The translations under genes and the position numbers were made by a program. Shown piece by piece: positions 1-9,586 of a DNA stretch of 32,000 nt. Source of the DNA: Paracoccus suum. GTDB taxonomy: Bacteria > Pseudomonadota > Alphaproteobacteria > Rhodobacterales > Rhodobacteraceae. Below the pieces are notes generated by a model, which saw only the letters and a list, made by a program, of their open reading frames with translations, did not search any database and was not told where the DNA came from. Numbering within the stretch: the stretch's first letter is position 1; the number at the start of each line of letters is the position of its first letter. The stretch is taken from contig NZ_CP030918.1 in assembly GCF_003324675.1 (NCBI RefSeq), positions 450,001 through 482,000 on the forward strand, given 5' to 3'.

Positions 1-1196
1 CGCGGCGGTTGCGACAGATCATCCAGCGACACCGCCGGCACCTCGATGCGCAGGTCAAAGCGGTCGAGCAGTGGTCCCGAAATCCGTGACATGTAATCGG
101 CGCCGCAAATCGGCGCCTTGGAACAGGCCCGCGCCGGGTCAGCCAGATAGCCGCAACGACAGGGATTCGCCGCGGCGATCAGCAGGAACTGGCACGGATA
201 GCGGATATGCGCGCTGGCCCGGGCAACCACGACCTCGCCAGTCTCGATCGGCTGGCGCAGCGTTTCCAGCACCGGGCGGGAATACTCCGGCAGTTCGTCG
301 AGGAACAGCACGCCGTTATGCGCGAGGCTGACCTCGCCCGGTTTCGCAGCGCGCCCGCCCCCGGTCATCGCCGCCATCGAGGCGGTCTGCGAGGGCGTAC
401 GGTAAGGCGCGACCCGCGAGATCCCCCCCTCCTCCAGCGTGCCGGCCAGCGAATGGATCATCGAGGTTTCCAGCGCCTCGGCCGGGGTCAGCGCCGGCAT
501 CAGCCCCGGCAGGCAGGCGGCAATCATCGATTTACCCGCGCCAGGCGGTCCAACCATCAGCAGATGGTGCCGCCCGGCGGCCGCAATCTCCAGCGCGCGC
601 TTGGCAATCTCCTGACCGCGCACCTCCGACAGATCGCGGCTCGCAACGGGCCGCGTCACCTCTCCGGGCCGCGCCGGGGCAAGCGGCGCTCGGCCGGTCA
701 GATGATCGACGGCCTCACGCAGGTGGCCGGCGGCAAAGACCGGGACCGCGCTGACCCAGGCCGCCTCGGGTCCGCAGGCGCGCGGGCAAATCAGCGCCCG
801 CTCCTCCTCGCCCGCCGCCATCGCGGCAGGCAGAGCGCCGGCGACCGGCACGAGCCGGCCATCGAGCGCCAGTTCGCCCAGCGAGACGACACCCTCGATC
901 TCCTCGCCGGGAATGATCTCGAGCGCGGCCAGGACCGCCAACGCAATGGGCAGGTCGAAATGCGAGCCTTCCTTGGGCATGTCCGCCGGCGACAGGTTTA
1001 CCGTGATGCGCTTGGAAGGCATCGCGATCGACAGGGCCGCGAATGCAGCCCGCACCCGCTCCTTGGCTTCACTGACCGCCTTGTCCGGCAGCCCGACCAG
1101 GGTGAAGGCCGGCAGGCCGGCCGCCACCGAGCATTGCACCTCGACCAGCCGGGCCTCGACCCCTTGAAAAGCGACAGTATAGGCGATCGCGACCAT
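1..1196 (-). CDS. comM: YifB/ComM-family Mg-chelatase-like AAA+ ATPase (5' end complete, 3' end beyond the window start)
   Basis: Absent from the ORF track because it runs off the window edge. Hand translation of the minus strand from ATG at 1196 gives MVAIAYTVAFQGVEARLVEVQCSVAAGLPAFTLVGLPDKAVSEAKERVRAAF..., then Walker A HHLLMVGPPGAGKSM, then GEVSLAHNGVLFLDELPE. The frame stays open to position 1. Track ORF 207..1346 (+) is its Arg-rich antisense shadow. Confidence 0.85.
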   Translation of the reverse strand, partial: MVAIAYTVAFQGVEARLVEVQCSVAAGLPAFTLVGLPDKAVSEAKERVRAAFAALSIAMPSKRITVNLSPADMPKEGSHFDLPIALAVLAALEIIPGEEIEGVVSLGELALDGRLVPVAGALPAAMAAGEEERALICPRACGPEAAWVSAVPVFAAGHLREAVDHLTGRAPLAPARPGEVTRPVASRDLSEVRGQEIAKRALEIAAAGRHHLLMVGPPGAGKSMIAACLPGLMPALTPAEALETSMIHSLAGTLEEGGISRVAPYRTPSQTASMAAMTGGGRAAKPGEVSLAHNGVLFLDELPEYSRPVLETLRQPIETGEVVVARASAHIRYPCQFLLIAAANPCRCGYLADPARACSKAPICGADYMSRISGPLLDRFDLRIEVPAVSLDDLSQPP

Positions 1197-1290
1197 TCAC
1201 CCTCCTGCCCCGCGCTGAGCTTACCCGTCAGGTCGCATAACGGGTTTAAGATAGGGTTAACGCCTCAAGGAAAGCCGAACCGCGAACGCC

Positions 1291-2253
1291 TTAACGGCGG
1301 ACCGTCACCCCTTCGGCGAGGCGCCGCTCAACGGCATCCCAAATAGCGGCGGCGGCGTTGGTGCCGTCGAACCGCTCGAGTTCCTGGATGCCGGTGGGCG
1401 AGGTCACGTTGATCTCGGTCAGCCAGCCGTCGATCACGTCGATGCCGGTGAACAGCAGGCCCTTGTCCCGCAGGGCCGGCCCGATCCGAGCGCAGATCTC
1501 GCGCTCGCGCTCGGTCAGGGCGGCCGGCTCGGGGCGGCCGCCGACATGCATGTTCGAGCGCGCCTCGCCCGCCGCGGGAACGCGGTTGATGGCCCCGACT
1601 GGCTCGCCGTCAACCAGAATGATGCGTTTGTCGCCCAGCGTCACCGCGGGCAGGTACTTCTGGGCGATCACCGGCTCGCGGTTGATGGCAGTGAACGTCT
1701 CCATCAGCGACGCGAGGTTGGGATCCTCGGGCCGCAGGTGGAACACGCCGGCACCACCGTTGCCGTAGAGCGGCTTGACCACGATATCGCCGTGACGCGC
1801 GCGAAATGCGCGAATCGCCGCCAGATCACGGGTGATGATGGTCGGCGGGGTCAGGTCGAGGAAGTCCAGGACCATCAGTTTTTCCGGACAGTTCCGGACC
1901 CAGAACGGGTCGTTGAGGACCAGTGTCCCCGGCGCCAACCGCTCGAGCAGATGGGTCGAGGTGATATAGCCCATGTCGAACGGCGGGTCCTGGCGCAGCC
2001 AGACCACGTCGAACGAGGCCAGATCAACCTCTTCCCACGGCCCGAAGGTCACATGCGCATCTTCGCGCTGATGCAGGGTCGCCCTACGGCCGGTGGCACG
2101 CACCTGGCCATCAACGAACATCAGCCGGTCGACCGTGTACTGGAACAACCGGTGGCCCCGCGCCTGCGCCTCGATGCCGAGGCGGAACGTGCTGTCGGCG
2201 GTGATCGAGACATGCTCGACCGGATCCATCTGCAATGCGACGCTCAATGCCAT
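1291..2253 (-). CDS. gshB: glutathione synthetase (ATP-grasp)
   Basis: Track ORF 1291..2274. Carries GshB-like motifs: [40 protein letters not shown]. Start placed at the second Met ([11 protein letters not shown]); 2274 is the alternative. Confidence 0.9.
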   Translation of the reverse strand: MALSVALQMDPVEHVSITADSTFRLGIEAQARGHRLFQYTVDRLMFVDGQVRATGRRATLHQREDAHVTFGPWEEVDLASFDVVWLRQDPPFDMGYITSTHLLERLAPGTLVLNDPFWVRNCPEKLMVLDFLDLTPPTIITRDLAAIRAFRARHGDIVVKPLYGNGGAGVFHLRPEDPNLASLMETFTAINREPVIAQKYLPAVTLGDKRIILVDGEPVGAINRVPAAGEARSNMHVGGRPEPAALTEREREICARIGPALRDKGLLFTGIDVIDGWLTEINVTSPTGIQELERFDGTNAAAAIWDAVERRLAEGVTVRR

Positions 2254-2323
2254 GCGGTCGTTCCTTGCGCCCAAGTTCGGTCCCGGTTCTTGGGACGGAT
2301 CGCGCCGCTTCGCAAGGTCCAGC

Positions 2324-2698
2324 TCAGGCGGCCTCGAATGCGTTGTGGAGCAGTTCTACCCGGCCCAGGTCGTCGACCAACGCCGCGTCAAAGCGCATTT
2401 CGGCGTCCATCCCGCAGTACTCACAGGCAGCGAGACAGATGCGGTCCATCTGGCGGCGGCGCAGCCGCTCCGCGGCATCCGAGTGGCTCGCCCCCTTCTT
2501 CACCTCGACAAACACAATCGTCTCGCCGTCGCGGACGATCAGGTCAATCTCGCCCGCCGCCCCACGCCAGCGCCGGGCAAGGATATCGCAGCCGGCCATC
2601 TCGTAGCGCCGGGCGATCTGATCCTCGGCGGCGTGACCCGCCGCGTGCGACAGCGCCCCCCGACTGGCACGCTGGGCACATGGCGTCTTGCGTGTCAT
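2324..2698 (-). CDS. yraN: YraN-family (UPF0102) endonuclease-like protein
   Basis: 124 aa with the core [19 protein letters not shown] typical of UPF0102. Its start overlaps the rsmI stop by 4 nt (2695-2698). Confidence 0.85.
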   Translation of the reverse strand: MTRKTPCAQRASRGALSHAAGHAAEDQIARRYEMAGCDILARRWRGAAGEIDLIVRDGETIVFVEVKKGASHSDAAERLRRRQMDRICLAACEYCGMDAEMRFDAALVDDLGRVELLHNAFEAA

Positions 2699-3612
2699 TC
2701 CCCACCCCCAGCCAAGGCGGCCTGATAGACCGCGCGTCGTGGCAGACCGCTTGCCTCGGCCACGGCCTGGGCGGCGTCGCGCATCGACAAGCCGCCCTTC
2801 ATTGCCGCTGCAACCATCTTTCGCGCCTCCTCCATCGAGGTCCCCTCAGCGACCTTGCGGTCGATCAGCACCACGACCTCGCCTTTCATGCCCTCAATGC
2901 GCAGATCGCGGGCCAATTCGGCTGCCGTTCCCCGCAACACCTCCTCGAACCGCTTGGTCAACTCCCGGCAGATCACGATACCCCGCTCGCCATCCTTTTC
3001 GCACAGGTTTCTCAAGAATTCCTTAACGCGCCTCGGGCTTTCAAAAGCGATCACGGTGGCATCGATCCCCAAAACGCCGTCCAGCCAGCGGTTGCGCGCC
3101 GCATCCGTGGCGGGAGGAAAACCGGCGAACAGGAACCTGTCGCTGGGCAGGCCCGAAACCGCCAGAGCTGCCAGGACTGCCGAGGCGCCCGGCGCGGCAA
3201 ACACCTGCGCGCCTTGGGCAATCGCCCCGCGCGCCAGGCGAAAGCCGGGGTCGGAAACGAGCGGCGTGCCCGCCTCGGAGGCGTAGGCGACAACTGCGCC
3301 GCCCGCCAGCGCCGCGAGGATCGGAGTGTCGCCGCCACTGGTCTCGTTGTGCTGGTGATAGGCCAGCAGGCGCCGGCCGCGCAGCGGGATGCCGTGGATC
3401 GACAGCAGATGGCGCAGGGTGCGCGTATCCTCGGCCGCCAGCACATCGGCGGTGTTCATCAGGTCCAGCGCGCGCAGCGTGATGTCCCGTGCCGCCCCGA
3501 TCGGCGTCGAGACGAGGTACAAGCCCGGTGCCGCGCGCTCCGCCAGCACGCTCAGCGGAACGGGCTCTGCCCGGTCCTCGCCGCCCGCGTGCCGATCCAT
3601 GCCCAATGCCAT
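2695..3612 (-). CDS. rsmI: 16S rRNA (cytidine1402-2'-O)-methyltransferase
   Basis: 305 aa with LYLVSTPIGAARDITLRALDLMNTADVLAAEDTR and a tetrapyrrole-methylase-like fold. Divergent from the lpoA-like gene, as in the enterobacterial rsmI/lpoA/yraN locus. Confidence 0.9.
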   Translation of the reverse strand: MALGMDRHAGGEDRAEPVPLSVLAERAAPGLYLVSTPIGAARDITLRALDLMNTADVLAAEDTRTLRHLLSIHGIPLRGRRLLAYHQHNETSGGDTPILAALAGGAVVAYASEAGTPLVSDPGFRLARGAIAQGAQVFAAPGASAVLAALAVSGLPSDRFLFAGFPPATDAARNRWLDGVLGIDATVIAFESPRRVKEFLRNLCEKDGERGIVICRELTKRFEEVLRGTAAELARDLRIEGMKGEVVVLIDRKVAEGTSMEEARKMVAAAMKGGLSMRDAAQAVAEASGLPRRAVYQAALAGGGE

Positions 3613-3721
3613 TGCGCCCCTCCTTTGCTTCGTTGCAGCGTCAGGGCGAATTGACTAGCCTCGCCGCATGTCTCCATGACCGCCTAGACGCTCCAACGGC
3701 AAGCCATCAGGAAAGTTCGTC

Positions 3722-4936
3722 ATGTTCCAATCGCTGCAGGCCCCCCCTTGCAACCGCCGGCCCGCCCTGCGCCCGCTTCGTGCGGCGCTGGCCGGCCTCG
3801 CCGCCGCGTTCCTGGCCGCCTGTCAGCCGATGGGCACGGGCTCGAGCGCGAGCGGCCCGGCCACCGGGCAGATGATCGACCCCGGCCAGCCGATCCCGGT
3901 TGCGCTGCTGGTGCCGACCGGCAGCGGCAATGCGGACCTCGAATGGCTTGGCCGCTCGCTCGCCAATGCCGCCAAGATGGCGGCGGCCGACGCGCAGGGC
4001 GCCAATATCGATCTGCGGATTTACTCGACCGGCAGTGACGCCTCGACTGCTGCCGCCCGTACGGGCGAGGCGATTCGCGCGGGCGCCAAGATCGTGATCG
4101 GCCCGCTGCATGCCGAAGCCGCCAACGCCGCCGGCAACGTCGCCCGGGGCTCGAACGTCAACCTGCTGAGCTTTTCCAACAACTCCGAGGTCGCGGGCGG
4201 CAACGTCTTTACCCTCGGCACCGGCTTTGGCAACGTCGCCGACCGCCTCGTCAGCTACGGCGTGCGCCAGGGCAAGCGGCGCTACATGGTCGTCGCGGAA
4301 AGCGATGTCGCCGGCCAACTCGGCGCACGCGCGATCGAGGCGGCGATCAGCCGCGCCGGCGCGATGAACATGGGCAAAGTCAGCCACGAGGTCTCGCGCG
4401 CCGGGGTCGATTCGATCGTTCCCAGCGTCGCCGCCGCCGCCCAGGCTGGCAAGATCGACGCGGTCTTTGTCACCGCCAACCAAGACGCCGTGCTGCCCTA
4501 CCTCGCCGACAAGCTGCACGCTGCCGGCATCACGCCGAACCAAGCGCAGTTGATGGGCCTGACCCGCTTTGACGAGCCGGCGATGCGCCTGTCGCTGCCC
4601 GGCCTGCAGGAAGGGATTTTTGCCCTGCCCGACACCGCCCTGCGCCAGCAGTTCGAGGCCCGCTACCAGGCAGCTTACGGCGAGCGGCCGCACGCGTTGG
4701 CGGGGCTGGGCTATGACGGCGTCTCGGCCATTGCCGCCCTCGCCCGGACCGGGCGCAAGGACGCGCTGACCTCGACCGCGCTGACCCGCAACGCGGGCTT
4801 TGCCGGCGTCAACGGCGTCTTCCGCCTCAAGGGCGACGGGACGACCGAGCGCGGGCTCGCAGTTGCCACCGTTCGCGGCGGCAAGGTTGTGATCCTCGAT
4901 CCGGCGCCGCGCAGCTTCGGCGGCTTCGGCTCGTAA
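3722..4936 (+). CDS. LpoA-like penicillin-binding-protein activator / type-1 periplasmic-binding-fold lipoprotein
   Basis: 404 aa. Lipoprotein signal with lipobox (LAGLAAAFLAAC|QP). The remainder resembles the Leu/Ile/Val-binding-protein fold. Conserved position divergent from rsmI. Confidence 0.7.
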   Translation: MFQSLQAPPCNRRPALRPLRAALAGLAAAFLAACQPMGTGSSASGPATGQMIDPGQPIPVALLVPTGSGNADLEWLGRSLANAAKMAAADAQGANIDLRIYSTGSDASTAAARTGEAIRAGAKIVIGPLHAEAANAAGNVARGSNVNLLSFSNNSEVAGGNVFTLGTGFGNVADRLVSYGVRQGKRRYMVVAESDVAGQLGARAIEAAISRAGAMNMGKVSHEVSRAGVDSIVPSVAAAAQAGKIDAVFVTANQDAVLPYLADKLHAAGITPNQAQLMGLTRFDEPAMRLSLPGLQEGIFALPDTALRQQFEARYQAAYGERPHALAGLGYDGVSAIAALARTGRKDALTSTALTRNAGFAGVNGVFRLKGDGTTERGLAVATVRGGKVVILDPAPRSFGGFGS

Positions 4937-4938
4937 CC

Positions 4939-7719
4939 TTGGACGACGCCCCGGCGCGCCCCGTGGTGCAAAGCGCCCCCGCCCTGCCGGGGGCGCATCC
5001 ATTATTCGACCCCGCGCGCGGGCTGCCACTGATCGACCACGCCTTGGGGCCGGTCCCCGGGGCCGAGCAGCGGGCGGCCGCCGTCGCCCTGCTGACCCGC
5101 TGGCGCAGCGAGGCGATGGCCGATGTCATCGCCGGCTTCGAGAGCCATCCGCGCGCCGCGCGTGAAACCGTGCGCGCCATTGCCGCCGTTACTGACGGGC
5201 TGGTCACCGCCGCCCATCACGTGGCTACCGTCCACCGTCATCCTCTGCCGCTGAACAACCCGACCGACCGCCTCGCGGTCGTCGCTGTGGGCGGCTATGG
5301 CCGGGCCGAGATGGCGCCCCAGTCCGACGTCGACCTGCTGTTCCTGACCCCATGGAAGACCACCCCGTGGATCGAGAGCGTGGTGGAGGAGATCCTCTAC
5401 ATCCTGTGGGACCTCAAACTGAAGATCGGTCAAGCGACCCGCTCGCTCGACGACTGCCTGCGCCTTGCCGCGGGCGACATGACGATCCGCACCAGCCTGC
5501 TGGAGCACCGCTTTGTCGCCGGCCAGCCGGCCCTGACCGAGGAGTTGCGCGCCCGGCTCTGGCCGGAACTGTTCGAGTTGGAGATCCCCGAGTTCATCGA
5601 GGCCAAGCTCGCGGAACGCGAGGGCCGTCACCAGCGTCAGGGCACCCAGCGCTATGTGCTGGAGCCAAACGTCAAGGAGGGCAAGGGCGGGCTGCGCGAT
5701 CTGCACGCCCTCTACTGGATCGGAAAGTATATCCATCAGGTCGACCGCGCGCAGAACTTGGTCGATCTGGGCCTGTTTACACGCGACGAGCACCAGACCT
5801 TCTGGCAGGCCGAGGACTTCCTTTGGGCGGTGCGCTGCCACCTGCACCTGATCACCGGGCGGCCAACTGACAAGCTAGGGTTCGACCTGCAGCCCGAGGT
5901 CGCCCGGCGCATGGGCTATCACGATTATGGCGGGCGTCGCGCGGTCGAGCATTTCATGCAGGACTACTTCCTGCACGCGACCCGCGTCGGCGATCTGACG
6001 CGGGTGTTCCTGACCGCGCTCGAGGCGCGGCACCTTTACCGCGCGCCGGTGCTGACGCGGCTCTTCGGCAGCCGCCGTCGCCTGCGCAAGCCCTTTCGCG
6101 AGGAAGCCGGGCGCCTCGGGATCAGCGACGAGGCGGCCTTTCTGGCAGACCCGCTGAACATCCTTCGGTTGTTCGCCGAGGGGCTGCGTACCGGCCTTCT
6201 GATCCATCCCAACGCCATGCGGCTGGTGGCCGCGAACCTCGATCTGATCGACGATTCGGTGCGCAACGATCCCGAGGCGGCGCGGCTGTTCGTCGATCTT
6301 CTGGTCAACCACGGCAACCCCGAGCGACCGCTGCGCCGCATGTCGGAACTGGGCGTGCTGTCGGCCTTCATCCCCGAATTCCGGCCGATCGTCGCGATGA
6401 TGCAGTTCAACGTCTATCATCACTACACGGTGGACGAGCACTCCATCCAATGCGTCGCCGCCCTGGCCGAGATCGAGCGTGGCGAGGCCGAGGACGACCT
6501 GCCCCTGACCAGCGAGATCATGCGCGGCGACATCAACCGCCGGGTCATCACCATGGCGGTGCTGCTGCATGACATCGGCAAGGGCCGCCCCGAGGATCAC
6601 TCGATCATTGGCGCCCAGATTGCGCGACGCGTAGTCGCCCGGCTGGGTTTTTCGGCCGAGGAGGTCGAAACCGTCGAATGGCTGGTGCGCCAGCACCTGC
6701 TGATGTCCGACATCGCGCAAAAGCGCGATATTTCCGACCCGCGCACGCTGCGCGACTTTGCCAAGGCGGTGAAGACGCGCAAGCGGCTGGACCTGCTGAC
6801 GGTACTGACCGTCTGCGACATCCGCGGCGTCGGGCCGGGCACTTGGAACAACTGGAAGGCGATGCTGATCAGGCGCCTCCACGCCGAGACCGCGGCCGTG
6901 CTGGAGGGCGGGCTGGAGGAGATCAACCGCGAGCGCCGCACCGGCGAGGCAAAGCGTGCCCTGCGCCACCTGCTGATCGCCCGTCACTGGGACGCCAAGG
7001 CCATCCGCGCCGAGACCCAGCGCCATTACGACGGCTATTGGAGCGGCCTGCCGACCGAGACCCATGCCGTGTTCGCCGACCTTCTGGCCGGGATCCGCGA
7101 TGACGAGATCCGCATCGACCTGCGCGCCGACGCCGACCGCGATGCGACCCGCGTGGCCTTCACCCTCGCGGACCACCCCGGCATCTTCTCGCGCCTCGCC
7201 GGGGCGTTGGCGCTGATGGGCGCGAACGTGGTCGACGCGCGCACCTATACCAGCCGCGATGGCTATGCGACGGCGGTATTCTGGGTTCAGGACGAGGCCG
7301 GCCATCCCTATGCCGAGGATCGCCTGCCGCGCCTCAGCCAGATGATCGACCGCACGCTGAAGGGCGAGGTGGTGCCGCGCGACGCCCTCGCCGGGCGCGA
7401 CAAGGTCAAGAAACGCGAGCGCGAGTTCCGCTTTCCCACGCATATCACCTTCGACAACGAGGGCAGCGATATCTACACCATCATCGAGGTCGACACCCGC
7501 GACCGGCCGGGCCTGCTGTACGATTTGACTCGGACGCTGGCCGCGAACCACATCCAGATCGCCAGCGCCGTGATCGCGACCTTCGGCGCGCAGGTGATCG
7601 ACAGTTTCTACGTCAAGGACATGTTCGGCCTGAAACTGCACCAGCAGGGCCGCCGCGACGCGCTGGAGCGCAAGCTGCGCAAGGCCATCGCCGAAGGGGC
7701 CGAGCGCGCCCGCGTCTGA
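4939..7719 (+). CDS. glnD: [protein-PII] uridylyltransferase / uridylyl-removing enzyme
   Basis: 926 aa (TTG start in the track). Nucleotidyltransferase region (VAVGGYGRAEMAPQSDVDLLFL), HD domain (HHYTVDEHS...LLHDIGKG), and two C-terminal ACT-like repeats. Confidence 0.92.
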   Translation: MDDAPARPVVQSAPALPGAHPLFDPARGLPLIDHALGPVPGAEQRAAAVALLTRWRSEAMADVIAGFESHPRAARETVRAIAAVTDGLVTAAHHVATVHRHPLPLNNPTDRLAVVAVGGYGRAEMAPQSDVDLLFLTPWKTTPWIESVVEEILYILWDLKLKIGQATRSLDDCLRLAAGDMTIRTSLLEHRFVAGQPALTEELRARLWPELFELEIPEFIEAKLAEREGRHQRQGTQRYVLEPNVKEGKGGLRDLHALYWIGKYIHQVDRAQNLVDLGLFTRDEHQTFWQAEDFLWAVRCHLHLITGRPTDKLGFDLQPEVARRMGYHDYGGRRAVEHFMQDYFLHATRVGDLTRVFLTALEARHLYRAPVLTRLFGSRRRLRKPFREEAGRLGISDEAAFLADPLNILRLFAEGLRTGLLIHPNAMRLVAANLDLIDDSVRNDPEAARLFVDLLVNHGNPERPLRRMSELGVLSAFIPEFRPIVAMMQFNVYHHYTVDEHSIQCVAALAEIERGEAEDDLPLTSEIMRGDINRRVITMAVLLHDIGKGRPEDHSIIGAQIARRVVARLGFSAEEVETVEWLVRQHLLMSDIAQKRDISDPRTLRDFAKAVKTRKRLDLLTVLTVCDIRGVGPGTWNNWKAMLIRRLHAETAAVLEGGLEEINRERRTGEAKRALRHLLIARHWDAKAIRAETQRHYDGYWSGLPTETHAVFADLLAGIRDDEIRIDLRADADRDATRVAFTLADHPGIFSRLAGALALMGANVVDARTYTSRDGYATAVFWVQDEAGHPYAEDRLPRLSQMIDRTLKGEVVPRDALAGRDKVKKREREFRFPTHITFDNEGSDIYTIIEVDTRDRPGLLYDLTRTLAANHIQIASAVIATFGAQVIDSFYVKDMFGLKLHQQGRRDALERKLRKAIAEGAERARV

Positions 7720-8039
7720 GTGCAAGCTTCGCTCGCACGGTTGCGCCCGGCACCGTGTCCCGCGCCCCACCGGCCGCACTCGGGGCCAGAGCAGCCGATG
7801 ACGCTGAGGATCAGAAGGGCGGTCAGCGTCGGCCGTTGGCCCGCTTGTCGCTGGGCAATTGCGTAAGCGCGAGGATCACGAGCAAGCCATGGCCCGCGCG
7901 CCGCAGCCGTCGCCTGGCAGCCTCAGCGGCAGCCATCCACTCGCACCTGCGCCGCCCGGCCTCTTTGCCCCCCCGCTTGCACCCGTCCCCGCAAGGGTCC
8001 ATGCCGTCCGGCAAAACAAAGGCGCGCGAGGGGCCGTCC

Positions 8040-9584
8040 ATGAAACCGATCCGCCTGATCCGCGGCTTTGTGACTGTTGGCGGCTGGACGCTGGGCAGCC
8101 GGGTGGTGGGCTTTGTCCGCGACATGATGATCGCGGCCTTCCTCGGGACCGGCCCGGTGGCAGAGGCCTATCTGGTGGCCTTCACCCTGCCCAACATGTT
8201 CCGCCGCTTTTTTGCCGAGGGCGCGTTCAACACCGCTTTCGTTCCGATGTTCGCCAAAAAGCTCGAGGCGGGCGAGGATGCACACCGCTTCGCCGAGGAT
8301 GCGCTGTCGGGCCTTGCCGCCGTGGTGCTGGCCGTGACGCTGATCGCCAGCCTGGCGATGCCCTGGCTTGTCCTCGCCATGGCCGCAGGCTTTGCGGATG
8401 ACGAGCGGTTTCCGCTGGCGGTCGCCTACGGCCGCATCTGCTTTCCCTACATCTTCTTCATCTCGCTGACGGCGCTGCTGTCGGGGCTGCTGAACGCCGG
8501 GGGGCGGTTCTTTGCGGCGGCGGCGGCGCCTGTGTTGATGAACCTGATCCTGATCGGGGCGATGGTGCTGGCCGACCACTTCGGCTGGGACATGGGGGCG
8601 GCGATGGCCTGGTCCACGCCGATCTCTGGCATGGCGCAACTGGCGATGGTGTGGATCGCCGCAGCCCGCATGGGCTTTCCGCTGCGCTTTCGCCGGCCGC
8701 GCCTGACCCCCGACATGCGTCGCCTGCTCGGCATCGCCGGCCCGGCGGTACTGGCCGGGGGCGTCGTGCAGATCAACCTGCTGGTCGGCCGCCAGGTCGG
8801 CAGCTTTTTCGAGGGCGCGATCGGCTGGCTGACCTATGCCGACCGCCTCTACCAACTGCCGCTGGGCGTCGTGGGCATCGCCATCGGGATCGTACTGCTG
8901 CCCGACATCGCGCGCCGGCTGAAGGTCGCCGACCACGACGGCGCCCGCCACGCCTACAACCGCGCGGCGGAATTCGCGCTGTTCCTGACCATTCCCTGCG
9001 CGGTGGCGCTGGTGGTGATCGCCCGGCCCTTGATTGCGGTCCTGTTCGGGCGCGGTGCGTTCGACGCCGCCGACATCGGCCCCACCGCGCTGGTGCTGGC
9101 GATCTACGGCCTCGGGCTGCCGGCCTTTGTGCTGCAAAAGGTCCAGCAGCCGCTGTTCTTCGCGCGCGAGGATACCCGGCGCCCGTTCCACTACGCCCTC
9201 TGGGCAATGGTTGTGAATGCGGCGCTGGCGGTGGGCCTCGCCCCCCTCATCGGCTTTTCCGCCGCTGCTTGGGGCACCACCACCGCCGGCTGGACCATGG
9301 CCTACCAGCTTTGGCGCGGCAGCCGCGCGTTTGGCGAGGCGGCCAGCATGGACGCCCGCCTCAGCAACCGCCTGCCGCGCATCATCGCGGCCTCGGCCCT
9401 GATGGGCGGAGCGTTATGGCTGACGCAGCGCGGGCTCGCCGAGATGCTGCAGGCGCCGGGCCAGCGGGTGCTGGCGCTGGCGCTGCTGATCGCGGCGGGG
9501 ATTGCCAGCTATGGGCTGGCGGCCGTCGCCCTGCGCGCCATCAGCCCGTCCGAGCTGAAACGCGCGGTGCGCCGTCAGCGCTGA
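8040..9584 (+). CDS. murJ: lipid II flippase MurJ (MviN)
   Basis: In frame within track ORF 7755..9584. Start placed at MKPIRLIRGFVTVGGWTLGSRVVGFVRDMMIAAFLG, a typical MurJ N-terminus. Polytopic membrane protein of 514 aa. The upstream 95 codons are Arg/Pro-rich and unlikely to be coding. Confidence 0.9.
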   Translation: MKPIRLIRGFVTVGGWTLGSRVVGFVRDMMIAAFLGTGPVAEAYLVAFTLPNMFRRFFAEGAFNTAFVPMFAKKLEAGEDAHRFAEDALSGLAAVVLAVTLIASLAMPWLVLAMAAGFADDERFPLAVAYGRICFPYIFFISLTALLSGLLNAGGRFFAAAAAPVLMNLILIGAMVLADHFGWDMGAAMAWSTPISGMAQLAMVWIAAARMGFPLRFRRPRLTPDMRRLLGIAGPAVLAGGVVQINLLVGRQVGSFFEGAIGWLTYADRLYQLPLGVVGIAIGIVLLPDIARRLKVADHDGARHAYNRAAEFALFLTIPCAVALVVIARPLIAVLFGRGAFDAADIGPTALVLAIYGLGLPAFVLQKVQQPLFFAREDTRRPFHYALWAMVVNAALAVGLAPLIGFSAAAWGTTTAGWTMAYQLWRGSRAFGEAASMDARLSNRLPRIIAASALMGGALWLTQRGLAEMLQAPGQRVLALALLIAAGIASYGLAAVALRAISPSELKRAVRRQR

Positions 9585-9586
9585 CG
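9573..9586. repeat. perfect 14-bp palindrome CGTCAGCGCTGACG containing the stop codons of both convergent genes murJ and rhomboid
   Basis: Read directly: TGA of murJ at 9582-84 and TCA (the rhomboid stop) at 9575-77. Both proteins end in R-Q-R. Confidence 0.9.

Noticed and set aside
207-1346. 379-aa + strand ORF at the window start
   Set aside because: It is an Arg-rich antisense shadow of comM, which reads cleanly on the minus strand with Walker A and ComM-specific motifs.
1546-3654. 702-aa + strand ORF
   Set aside because: It is Arg/Pro/Gly/Ala-rich with no recognisable domains. It is entirely antisense to well-supported gshB, yraN and rsmI, so it is a high-GC shadow ORF.
3707-5029. 440-aa minus-strand ORF. 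The same reasoning applies to 7923..9191, 11927..13294, 12982..14112, 14279..15856, 16338..17225, 19733..20491, 21999..22982, 24531..25790 and 29711..30949.
   Set aside because: All lie antisense to, or out of frame with, genes having strong family signatures. All have Arg/Gly/Ala/Pro-biased composition.
5875-7779. 634-aa minus-strand ORF
   Set aside because: It is antisense to glnD, low-complexity (Ala/Gly/Arg/Asp-rich) and has no motifs.
7791-7922. Lipoprotein-signal-like minus-strand frame, considered as a real CDS
   Set aside because: There is no ATG, GTG or TTG start in frame before the hydrophobic region, and the downstream 'mature' sequence is Arg-rich antisense of glnD. It is kept only as a low-interest relic observation.
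7755-8039. N-terminal extension of murJ. Similar upstream extensions exist for the ORFs containing rhomboid, slyX, zapA, hisZ, aat, mlaD, NDUFA12, DUF4177, MATE, both thioesterases and phnF.
   Set aside because: The extended parts are Arg/Pro-rich, overlap neighbouring genes or promoters, and precede Met/Val starts that give canonical N-termini, often with a Shine-Dalgarno sequence.
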